In this document: positions 19,333 to 29,773 of the stretch, piece after piece
Layout: every line of letters starts with the position of its first letter
How positions within the stretch are numbered: position 1 is the stretch's first letter
DNA from: Cyanophora paradoxa CCMP329
Taxonomy: Eukaryota > Plantae > Glaucophyta
Direction: 5' to 3'
Assembly: GCA_004431415.1 (NCBI GenBank)
Contig: QPMI01000073.1
Location: 1 to 39,302, forward strand
DNA: 39,302 nucleotides
The notes under the pieces: model-generated
Database searches by the model: none
What the model was told of the DNA's origin: nothing
What the model saw: only the letters and a program-made list of their open reading frames with translations
Translations under genes and position numbers: made by a program

Positions 19333-22300
19333 ATGAGCTTCAATTACCCACCAAATCTAGAAACCATTCAAGATGATAATGCAAGCAGCACCAAGCATGT
19401 GAACTTTGATAATATTAAAGTAAAGGGTTCAGTTTCAATTGACCACAGCTCTGATAATTCATCAAAGACTCAATCAAGGGAGCATGCTTTATCTGTGAAT
19501 CAAACCGATCCAGATAAAGAGGATGTCAGTGTAGCCTTTAGTTTGGGTAATGTGAAAGCAAACCAAGTGGCAGAGATCAAAGCAACAAGAAGGAGACCTA
19601 GGAAACTAAAAACCAGTGGCACTCACCCAGATATACCTTCCAGGTTCGATAGTGGTCGATTGATTTTCAATGTTCAAGATGAGCAGGGCAAACAGAACAC
19701 AGCTTTGCGAATTTACAATGAGGGCAGCACTGCAAAAGCTGAGGTCCCCAAGTATTGCAAGTGGGTCCCATTGCCAATACAAATCAGGTCTCCTACACAA
19801 ATGATGTCTACCCCAAGGATATTACTTATGACTTTGCAAGAAATGAGCCTTTTGGTTTCTTTACTCCAAAAGATGTCCATCAAAAAAAGCCATCAATTAC
19901 AATCAACAGTAGCCCCAGTCAACCAGTAGCAATCCATTTACATCCTGATTTAGTCGAAATGGATAGGCACCTTTTGCCTTTGTATAGCAATGTGAAAGAC
20001 CTTGGAATTAGAACCAGGCAATGGCGAAATATCCATGGCAGCAATGTGTATGCAAATGGGGAGAAACTTGTGAGTGAGAAAACTCTAAGGGAAATAATTG
20101 AGCATTATGGTCCCAATGGACCAACAGTCCCATTCCCTATTCCATTTCCAAATGGACCTCCCGATTTAACACCAAAGAAACAGCCTGGAAGAGAATACAC
20201 AGCAACTGAAGATGTAGCCTTTGGGCAGCATATTGTTAGTTGGGAGCAAGTTCGCAATAAACCTATAATTGAACCCAGAAAGCAAATAGATGAGCAGTAT
20301 TTACCTCCTGAAGTCGATATATTAGAGCTTGATGAATATCAATTCGTTCCAGATGAGGAAGAATATTTACCAGATGGTTTTGACCCACAAGAATATGAAT
20401 ATGATCAGTTTGACCCCAATGAGGAGGAGATACTACCAGATGGCTTAGATCCCCAAGAGTTTGAGTATGAGCAGAACTATGAACCTGATGAGGAGTATTT
20501 GCCAGATGGGCATGATCCACCAGCTGTTGATTATGAGCAACCTTATGAACCCCATGAGGAATTGTTACCAGATGGATTTCGACCTGAGATCTGGGAGTTC
20601 TTTCCTGATTATGAACAAATAAATAATAAACCTGCAAAGTATCCCCAGAGGATCACAATCATGATTGGGATGAGATCTTAGGCAAACCTCAAAAGTATCC
20701 ACCAGAAGATCACAGGCATGATTGGGGTGATATTGATGGGATACCTACTGAGTTCCCACCAAGCAAACATGAACACACTTGGGATGAGATCAATGACCAA
20801 CCAGAATTCGCAAAGGTAGAGCCTCTTGATAACTTGGGGGTTTCTCTTTATCAGACTTGTAATGTCCCTGAAAGAATCTTTTTGAATGAACACTATGTTC
20901 ATGTGAATGGGACACTTGCGAATTCAGCTATGAGAGGACCACTTCATATTAGGACACTACCAGGCTCTTATAATCCACCACCTGAACCAGGAGCAACCAT
21001 ACCAAATATCTTTGTGTCAAGCTACATGGAGGCTGACATTCCCACAGATACATTCAGAGTCCCAACAGACCCAGCAACCTACCAAAATTTCAACTCTGCT
21101 ATACAGGTTCATGTAGCAGATGTAAGCAGTTTAGATGGCTCAAGACCAATGATAGTATTCAGCAGAGATAAATATTCGTATATTCCCATAGTGGGAACTG
21201 CAAATGATAATTATGGGAGGGCAGAGCTTGCATGGATTAAAACCGATTATGGTGGGGTTCTGGAAGCCAATCAGAGGATGGCTGCAAAAAACATACACAA
21301 TGAAAATATTTCGAGAGTGGTCACAGAGGATTACCTTACTGCTGTGATCCTTGTGAATATAGTTACCCTTGCTATGCTTGCAAATTATGTAACGAAAAAT
21401 GAACTTGCTCTTGAATTATCAAAGTATCTTCTCAAAACTGGTGGAACAATCACAGGGGACCTAACTGTTACCAGTAACCTTTACACAAGTAACCTTTATG
21501 CAAGCAATATCACTGTCGATTATCTTACAGTTACATCTAATGCAAACCTTCCACATCATCCAACTTCAAATGTTGTGGATGGGTGGATCAGAAGCCATAC
21601 TCACACCAAAGACCAAATTATAGACTTTGATCACACACATGCCTGGTCAAATATTGTGGACAAACCATTGACTTTTCCCCCAGATGATCACACACATGCC
21701 TGGTCAAATATTGTGGACAAACCTATCACCTTCCCTCCTGATACTCACACTCATGATTATACCCAGATCACCAACTGTAATCACAGACACCCTTGGGGTG
21801 AAATTGACCAGCAACCCAAATTTGCATCTGCAGGCAATCTGTTAACAGATTTCTCACATGGTGTGAGTCTTTACCAGAGCAATGCCATACCTGAAAGGCT
21901 GCAACTCAATGACTATTATGTAAATCGAAAAGGCATTGATGCAGGGACTACTATGGAGGGTGAATTATACATCAGACCCCCTACAAGAATGCAGATGATT
22001 GCAGCAGGTGGAAACTTTGGAGCATTGGACACCAAACCAGGTATTTATTTGACAAGTTACTATGCTGATGACATCCCAATGACATCAGGATTACCACCAC
22101 TCCCATCTGATCCAGTCAACTATGATGACAAAGATGCAGCAATCCAAATTAATGTTACTGATGTGAGTGATTTGGATGGTTCAAGACCAAAATTAATATT
22201 CAGCAGGGAGAGACTGTTACCTGATGCTCTCATAGGAAATCGAGATGACTATAAGAGATGTGAGATGGCATGGATAAAAACGAATTATAATGGTGGAGTG

Positions 22301-23632
22301 GGTGAGGGAGTTTTAGAAATTAATCAAAGGGCAGCAGCAAAGAATATTCACAATGAGACCATATCAAGAGTGGTCACAGAGGATTACCTGCAAGCCCAAA
22401 ACTACATAGATGAAACAGAACTTAATACAATCATTGCAGGTATAGGAGTCACAGGAAATTACCTCCCTCTCACAGGTGGGATTATTGATGGAACAGTAAC
22501 AGCATGCAATTTCTTTGTCCACACTGAAAGCAATCAAACCTTCCCTGTGGTTCACCCAGGAGGTGAGTATGAGATTCCAGATGATCCAGCTATCATGCCC
22601 ATCAAGATTGATCTACCTTCTGATTATGTAGGAAGGGGTGAACTGAAAACCATTTCATTTACAGGAGATTATAATGATCTCATTAATAAACCTACTGCTG
22701 CAAATCTGCATCCTGTTGCATTTTCGGGAAGCTTCCTTGATCTTAATAATAGATCACACACCCACACAAAGGCAGAAATCACAGATTTCGCACACACCCA
22801 CACCAAGTCCCAAATTACAGATTTTGCACACTATCACACCCGAGCAGATATTACGAATTTCGCTCACACTCATGTTAAATCAGAGATATTAGATCTCGGA
22901 AATGTTGCATATGTTGGTCACACCCATACAAAGGCAGAGATTACAGATTTTGCTCACAATCACACAAAGGCAGAGATTACAGATTTTGCACACACTCATG
23001 ATTGGAATACAGATATCTATAACAAACCTGCAATTTTCTCAGGCAACTACAATGATCTTACCAATAGACCAACTCTTGATCCCTTCACAGCAACCACAAT
23101 TAGAGCCAACAACACAATGTATGTAGGATCAGGTCAGATTGTAGAACCAGCAGGACCTATGTTTGAAGAAACATGGTTCTTCCACAATTCGCAAAATTAC
23201 TTTGATAAAACCTTACTTGTTCGTGGAAATGCTTATGCAAGAAATTTCTATGCTATGAACCCTTCCAATAATCAGACTATTAGTAGATGTATCACAGAAG
23301 CAGATCTTTCCAGTCAACTCAATGCATATTTCAATGGGAAAATTCAAGCAGGAAAGTATGTTTACACTACTCCTGTTTTGAATTACAATAATTTATATGT
23401 GTTCAATCTAACTATCTATTTTACCAATGCCTTTGCTTCTCCTCCTGTTGTGACAGCAACAGTCAGGCATGAAGGACAAGAACCAAATTATCAAGTAACT
23501 CCCGTCGTTTTTACTGTGAATTTGTTGAATGTTTACAGTGATTATTTCACTTGTGAACTTTTCACTGATCCATATGCAATGAATAATTCATCCAAAACTG
23601 TAACGATCCATTACATTGCTGTCGCAATTTAA
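19333..23632 (+). CDS. Giant phage-tail-fibre-like protein (~1430 aa), split by 1-bp frameshifts near 19747 and 20645
   Basis: The outer copy is open across 19747. One extra C at ~20645 joins to the 932-aa ORF through PPEDHxHxW repeats. Contains HTHxKxxITDF repeats, FSGxYNDLxNxP motifs and a C-terminal H-type-lectin/gp53-like domain. Confidence 0.8.
20290..20625 (+). repeat. Acidic coding repeats (E-x-LPDG-x-DPQE-x-EY), about 4-5 units
   Basis: Visible in the translation of 19755..20681. Confidence 0.8.
21629..21723 (+). repeat. 57-bp-period tandem repeat encoding DHTHAWSNIVDKP
   Basis: GATCACACACATGCCTGGTCAAATATTGTGGACAAACC at 21629 and 21686. Confidence 0.9.
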
Positions 23633-23651
23633 CTATTTCGTAATTATAAAG

Positions 23652-24722
23652 ATGACCTCTCTATTAGAAATCCCAAACTATGAACTTGCAGCCAAATCAC
23701 TTCATAGCACCTCTCATGGAGTAGTTGATTCAACACCTGGGTATATTTGCACTGAAACTTCAAGTAATACCTCTTTCACAGAGAATAATATACTCAGAGT
23801 CAAAGAAATTCGATGTGATCGAAATGGAGGCAAGATAAGAACCACAGGAATTATTATCTCGAATAAAAATCAAGTTCAAGCAGGTCAAGTAGTCCCAGAT
23901 TCAGCAGTGTATGATAATGTGGGTGGATTCACCACAGCAAAGATAGTAACTTTCGATAACACAATAAATAATTCGGCTCTTGTTGTCAAGAGTGGAGGAG
24001 CATACATTGGAGATGGGGCAAATGTTGCAGGGACTGTAACAGCGAATCAATTAAATGTGAATGGGACAAGTTCATTTACAGGATTGATGACCTTCAATGG
24101 TGGACTCTTGGGAAATGTTAGCGTTGAAACTCGAAAAGCTACAACAAGAGTTAATGCACCTGAGATGGATAATGGGACAGATGCAAATGTGAATTATAAA
24201 CGAAACGGAAATACCATTTTCACTCTCGAAAAGACAATAACAGATCTGAAAGCAATCACAATCCCGGAAAATAGTGGTCTGAAACGATCCTATTGTCCAA
24301 GAATGAATATATCAAGACAAGCTCCTGGTTTGACAGGGTCCATAATACTTACAGCTGGAACACCCTTTAACTTTATAAATGGAGCTTATCTTGTAAACAA
24401 TGAAGGAAACTTTTCATCCACAAAATTTACAGCTCCTGTTTCCGGAGTATATAGGGTGTTCTTTGCATGTATGAGAGCTGGCACAACCTCTTATACTCAT
24501 ATTGCTACCAGCATTTATTTAAATGGAAATCCTACAACCATCCAAACAAGGGTTTCAATGCCGTCCGCAGGGATTTCTAATACATTTGTAACTCCAATTT
24601 CATATGAAATTTTACTTTCTGTTATTGAAGGTGACTCCTTTGATATACGCAATTCTTCTGGAGCCAGTCTTCAATTTGATATCAGATACTATTTTTCTTG
24701 TTATCTTGTTACTGCTACATAA
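23652..24722 (+). CDS. Fibre/spike paralogue 1 with C-terminal C1q-like head
   Basis: Shared N-terminal domain (RVKEIRCDRNGGKIRTTG); FTAPVSGVYRVFF...GDSF..YFSCYLV. ATG at 23652. Confidence 0.82.
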   Translation: MTSLLEIPNYELAAKSLHSTSHGVVDSTPGYICTETSSNTSFTENNILRVKEIRCDRNGGKIRTTGIIISNKNQVQAGQVVPDSAVYDNVGGFTTAKIVTFDNTINNSALVVKSGGAYIGDGANVAGTVTANQLNVNGTSSFTGLMTFNGGLLGNVSVETRKATTRVNAPEMDNGTDANVNYKRNGNTIFTLEKTITDLKAITIPENSGLKRSYCPRMNISRQAPGLTGSIILTAGTPFNFINGAYLVNNEGNFSSTKFTAPVSGVYRVFFACMRAGTTSYTHIATSIYLNGNPTTIQTRVSMPSAGISNTFVTPISYEILLSVIEGDSFDIRNSSGASLQFDIRYYFSCYLVTAT

Positions 24723-24744
24723 TATTATCTGTATAATATAAAGA

Positions 24745-25767
24745 ATGTCCACACAAATAGCAGTTCCTGTTTTCTGTTATGCCGCCCCAAAAATACATCA
24801 ACTGAACCATACAGTAACAGATGCAACACCTGGGTTTATTTGCACAGAAACAACAGGGGCTGATTCGTTTTCACAAAATTCTGTGATTAGATGCAAAGAA
24901 ATTCGATGTGATCGCAATGGGGGAAAAATAAGAACCACAGGACTCATTGTATCTAACAAGAACCAAGTCCAATCAGGTCAAATTGTTTCAGATACAGCAA
25001 TTTATGACAATGTGGGAGGGTTCACCACACCCAAAATAGTTACTTTTGATAATACAATTAATAATGCTGCTCTTTCAGTTAGAAGTGGAGGGGCATATAT
25101 TGGAGATGGGGCAAGGATTGATGGAACTCTAACAGCCAATCAAGTAAACATTACAGGAACAAGCACATTTACAGGTTCAGTAACAGCCAATGGAGGCATA
25201 AGTATTCCAGAAACAACACAATCGATAATAACAGCAACTTCCAAGGTGGTCACACCTGAAATCGATACAGGAGCAAATGTGAATCTTGTTTTGAAACGCA
25301 ACAGTGATATTATGGCTACTCTGGAAGCCAATCGCTTGACAATCAACACAAATTGTTATTTAAAATATGACTATCAGCCTCGATTTTCTGTTCAACTTAA
25401 TTATCCTCATGTTGCTACCAGTGAAACTGCTCTTATCAATTGGGGAGTAGTGTTTGTGAATAATAGGGGGGCATTCAATGTCAGTAATGGAAGGTTCACT
25501 GCTCCTGTTGCAGGTCATTACAGATTTACAGCATATACCCATTCAACTTCAAGTAGTCCAATAAGTCTCTCTTTAAAAGTAAATGACCAAGACCCAGGGG
25601 GTCAAAGTATCATAACACAAAATGACTCAACTCTTACGAATAAACCGCTTTACATTAGTGTAATTCTTAACATTGCTATGGGTGAGTATATAACACTTGT
25701 AACAAATAATGGGGGTAGCTACACAAATCGAACAACATTCACAGGTGAACTTTTGAGTGTCACATAA
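24745..25767 (+). CDS. Fibre/spike paralogue 2 with C-terminal C1q-like head
   Basis: N-terminal half closely similar to paralogue 1; GRFTAPVAGHYRF...GEYI..FTGELL. Confidence 0.85.
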   Translation: MSTQIAVPVFCYAAPKIHQLNHTVTDATPGFICTETTGADSFSQNSVIRCKEIRCDRNGGKIRTTGLIVSNKNQVQSGQIVSDTAIYDNVGGFTTPKIVTFDNTINNAALSVRSGGAYIGDGARIDGTLTANQVNITGTSTFTGSVTANGGISIPETTQSIITATSKVVTPEIDTGANVNLVLKRNSDIMATLEANRLTINTNCYLKYDYQPRFSVQLNYPHVATSETALINWGVVFVNNRGAFNVSNGRFTAPVAGHYRFTAYTHSTSSSPISLSLKVNDQDPGGQSIITQNDSTLTNKPLYISVILNIAMGEYITLVTNNGGSYTNRTTFTGELLSVT

Positions 25768-25789
25768 ATTTTCTCTTTATAAAGTAGGA

Positions 25790-26056
25790 ATGTCGAATAT
25801 CTACCAAGTAGTTCTCTCAGATACTGAGAAGCTGGGAATGGAATTCTGTGCAGCTTCTGTTCAGGATTGGATTGATAATGTGGTTCATAACAGGGCAAGA
25901 ATTGCAATTGATGATATTGTTCAGAAAGAGATCCAGTCTTGCATTGCATCAGGAATTCAAATACCAACCTCAAAGGAAGCCATCGTTTTACAGGCATTCC
26001 AAAGGGGAACTGTAAAGAAAGGTATCGAATATAATTATGTCACAGAAGAACAATGA
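25790..26056 (+). CDS. Small phage-like protein, possible fibre partner/chaperone
   Basis: 88 aa, SVQDWIDNVVHNRARIAIDDIV; from memory resembles small genes that follow C1q fibres in marine phages (not verified by search). Confidence 0.6.
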   Translation: MSNIYQVVLSDTEKLGMEFCAASVQDWIDNVVHNRARIAIDDIVQKEIQSCIASGIQIPTSKEAIVLQAFQRGTVKKGIEYNYVTEEQ

Positions 26057-26091
26057 ACATTATTTTTCTTTCCTTCTTAGTAAAAGAAGCA

Positions 26092-26956
26092 ATGGGTGAA
26101 TATAATCGAGTTCAACTGCCTATATATTCCCTTGGATCCCCTGCAATGCATTTTCGCCAGCATGAAGTAAATGATGAGGTTCGTGGTTTAGAATCCACAG
26201 AGAGACCCAATTCCAATGGCAACTCCTTTGATAAAAATTCGATTATTCGAGTTAAAGAGCTGAGAGCTGATAAGAATTCTGGTGTGGTTAAAACAACTCG
26301 ACTTCTTGTCACAAATGCTAACTTTTTCCAGCCTACCAATGGAGGTCCTGATGCTTACAGTGTTGATCTGAAAGCCCTTGATTTCGATAAGAATTCTGCT
26401 GCTGTTACTGTGAGATCAGGAGGAGCATTTATTGGGGTGGCTGTCGAATTTCAGGTCAGCTTTCATCCTCAATTTCGTATAATGATGTCCCAGATACTCT
26501 AGAGCAAAATGTAGAAGACCCCAACGAATTCGATTATATACTCCTGTTGCACAGCAGCCATTAATTCAATTTTACATTGGATATACTGTTACTCTTGAAA
26601 ACTCGGAATTAATTGAAGGAACCAAAAGAGTACTGAGAGGTCTTGCGATTCCATCTGCAATGCTTTCCCTTTGTAGAGCCAACAACAATCAAGTAGGTCA
26701 TAGATACTATTTCAATGTTCAGGGATATAATCATTTCGGTTATGGCTACTGTGTTTATAATAATAATTTCACCTTTGACTTGTTTGTTACTGATATTGGG
26801 TTATATACTATAACTCTTATCGGTTTGAGAACAGATATAGCCGCTGTATCAGCTCTTAGAGGTGTAACTCCTGATACTCTTTCAGTTACAGGGTTTTACA
26901 TGGAGCCAGATGTAATTGATGACCCAACCCATAAAAGATATATCCCTTTAATGTAA
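26092..26956 (+). CDS. Fibre/spike paralogue 3 (two 1-bp frameshifts near 26435 and 26520)
   Basis: RVKELRADKNSGVVKTT and VRSGGAFIG shared motifs; restoring the homopolymers joins ORFs 26053..26502 and 26660..26956. Confidence 0.7.
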
Positions 26957-26957
26957 A

Positions 26958-27788
26958 ATGGCTGAGCAACCCCCACTTGAACGAATTATTACACCTCAAC
27001 TATCATTAGCTGCCCCAGCAAACCATGTTTTACAGCATGCTACCTTTGATGATGTAGAGGGTCTCCAATCCACAGAGGTCCAACCTACAATGAACACCTT
27101 TGGTTCCACCCACAAACTGAGATTACAGGAACTCAGATGTGATAAAATAATGGAATAGTTAAGACAACTAAGCTACTTGTCACAAATGCAAACTTTTCTG
27201 CTCATTATGGAGACCCAGATAGCTATGGAGATCCTCTGTCTACTTATTCTTTTGAATCTAGGTCGGGAGCTATTAACTGCAAATCGGGGGAGCATATATT
27301 GGGGATGGTCTTAGGGTTGGTGGGGCTGTTGGAGCGCCTTTATTTGTGAATGATCAACCCAATCCCATTGATCCCAACACAAGAATTCGAACCTATGTCC
27401 CCAGCATGAATGCCCCTATATAATAAAAATATTCCCCATTGTTGTAAATGAACAAACAGCAGTAGTAGACTCTCTTGTTGAAATTGGTGACCACTACAAG
27501 GTAGTTGTGGATATCCCACCAGATGTTTATGCTCTTTGTCAAGTAGAGGGTGGAACTCCTAATTTTGCTGTTGTGATCACCCCATATGATAATTTCGGAA
27601 TTGCTTATCATGGAGTCAATTTTGGTTTGGAAGATTATCAGTTTCTGGTTAGAGCCACCAAGTTTGGTATCTACAAGTGTGTATTATATGCTGAGAGAAC
27701 CGATTTTATTGCAAAGCAGAATACCTATGCTGAATACTATGGGACAAATCGATATTTCCCCATTTTTGGGCAGGATACTGCTCCATAA
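26958..27788 (+). CDS. Fibre/spike paralogue 4 (frameshifts near 27145, 27288 and ~27420)
   Basis: RLQELRCDKN.GIVKTT and KSGGAYIGDG; C-terminal domain similar to paralogue 3 (NFG....GxY...RTD). Confidence 0.68.
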
Positions 27789-27810
27789 GAATATTGGTTA
27801 TATATAGAGT

Positions 27811-28082
27811 ATGGATAGTAAAACAAAAAGTTTATTGATGCTGCTATGACAGTTCATGGTAAAGATAAATTCGATTACAGTGAGACACATTACATCAAAG
27901 CTCAAGAGAAAGTATCTGTTAGATGTTTGCAGTGTAACAAGGTGATCCTTACATATCCCTTTAATCATGTGAAGGGATCAGGTTGTAGGGAATGCAACAA
28001 AAAGCATTCTCAGGCTTACAGGAAAAGGGCTACTTCATCAATCAAAGTAGAGTACAGGGATATTTGCATTAGGTTCGATTAG
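27811..28082 (+). CDS. Single DUF723-like zinc-finger module (homing-endonuclease-associated), frameshift near 27828
   Basis: FIDAAMTVHGKDKFDYS..Y....KVSVRC..C...P.NH.KGSGCREC; no nuclease domain follows. Confidence 0.65.
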
Positions 28083-28111
28083 GATTAATTAATTTTTCTA
28101 AGGTATTCTTA

Positions 28112-28510
28112 ATGGAGACTAAATACAGAGGCTTTCATGTAATGCTTGATTACAAGGCTAAAACAGCTATAGCAACAGGTTATGAGCATGTTAGCTTTCT
28201 TGGTAATTGGATTATGAGAACCCTTGAACAAGCAATATTGAGACAAGGTATTAGGATTGTTCATAAACACTGTGAGATATTTGATGGGAAACTATCACCT
28301 CCTGGTTTTGCATTGGTTCTGCTATTAGATGAAAGCCATTGTACAGCTCATTGTTATTCCAATGAAGGCATGTTAGCAATTGATATATTCAGTTGTGGTA
28401 AAGAAGCTCAGCATAAAACACAAGCAGTAGCAGATGAGATCGATAAAACAATGAATTTCCTCACATTTGAGAAGACTGAGAGACATAAACATGATAGATT
28501 CCCGTTTTGA
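28112..28510 (+). CDS. speD: Pyruvoyl-dependent S-adenosylmethionine decarboxylase proenzyme (short prokaryotic class 1B type)
   Basis: HVMLD, PPGF..V.LLDE/SH self-cleavage site, AH.Y..EG..AIDIFSCG; 132 aa. Confidence 0.88.
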   Translation: METKYRGFHVMLDYKAKTAIATGYEHVSFLGNWIMRTLEQAILRQGIRIVHKHCEIFDGKLSPPGFALVLLLDESHCTAHCYSNEGMLAIDIFSCGKEAQHKTQAVADEIDKTMNFLTFEKTERHKHDRFPF

Positions 28511-28705
28511 TGAGTTTCTATAATGATGATCAGGGTGATTTACCTTTTTTATTACAATAGCTTTCTACAATGATTATTTTCCGGATTCCGGTCATTCTTT
28601 ACGATAGAAATTCTACTGTATGATATAGCCGAAATATGAATGCACCCTACATTAAGCAATGTCAAGTATTTCGAATACTATTCGATTTCCTTACACTAAA
28701 ACCTC

Positions 28706-29767
28706 AGCATCTCCCCTTGATTCCCCCTATTATAATTTAAGTGGACTCAAGGTTGACTCATATAAATCGTAAAAGTAGTAATAGTATATGGATTTTGTTA
28801 CGAATTCAATGCAAGGGTTGACTAAGTGGGTTGAGTTGACTCAAATTTCACAGGAAATAACAATGAATCAGAGTATAAATGCATTTTTTGAATCAACTAC
28901 ACCAACTAACACTGAGATTTTAACAATATATGAGGTCCTTACTGAATATGGTATGTGTCACAGGTGTCACAGGTTTATCCCAAAGTTTCTCCTATAAAGA
29001 GTAAATTTCCAAAAGTTTGGGATGGACCTGTGACACCTGTGACACTCGATTAAATCATTTATTCATTTAATTAGAAATACATAGATAAGATTATGACTGA
29101 GTTTTTCATTATAAAAGAGGTCCTTACTGAATATGGTATGTGTCACAGGTGTCACAGGTTTATCCCAAAGTTTCTCCTATAAAGAGTGAATTTGCAAAAG
29201 TTTGGGATGGACCTGTGACACCTGTGACACCCAATTATTCATTAAATTCCTAAGGGTCCCCCCTTAGACTCATTAAAACATGATAATAACATATCAATTT
29301 CATGTATAATTACGATTGGATTCAATAAGAGATCTATTTTGTTTTATTAAACAAATGAATCTTTTATGGATCTTAATCGAGTTAAGCGATATGTTTCCGA
29401 TTAAATGAATTAAATTTAAATAAATTTAATCGAGAAAGTACATGAATATAATATCGATTAAATCAATTAACTTTTAGACCAATCACACATAGTAAAATGC
29501 GGAGTTTTAACCAGAGGCAAGATCTAATTGAGATTCAGTTATATTATTCGGAAATATATAGAGATTATCGATAGACTCAGTAAGACTAATCGGAAAATAA
29601 GAGAAATTTACGATAAAATATCGAAAAGAATACAAAATAATCGAAATAATTGAATATTCGATAAGATATACACAGATTATCGATTGATTGAAATAGAATA
29701 TACGAGATATATCAACAAAATCAATTAAGATAAGCCGAGGGTTAAAACTCCGCATTTTACTATGTGT
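28706..29767 (-). repeat. Right terminal inverted repeat (~1062 bp)
   Basis: AGCATCTCCCCTTG...CATTTTACTATGTGT mirrors 1314..2374. Confidence 0.95.
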
Positions 29768-29773
29768 CTTGTG
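29768..29773 (+). repeat. Right target-site duplication CTTGTG
   Basis: CTATGTGT|CTTGTG-TAAAGG. A 6-bp TSD is typical of Polinton rve integrases. Confidence 0.93.

Larger units (their letters stand above)
1314..29767. mobile_element. Complete Polinton/Maverick-like virus (integrating dsDNA virus of eukaryotes), 28,454 bp
   Basis: Begins ACACATAGTAAAATGCGGAG and ends with its reverse complement. ~1.06 kb TIRs, CTTGTG direct repeats on both sides. Encodes rve integrase, pPolB, packaging ATPase, MCP and pentons. Confidence 0.95.

Noticed and set aside
23652-27788. Diversity-generating retroelement or invertase shufflon acting on the fibre heads
   Set aside because: No reverse transcriptase, no template/variable repeat pair, no recombinase, and all genes are co-oriented.
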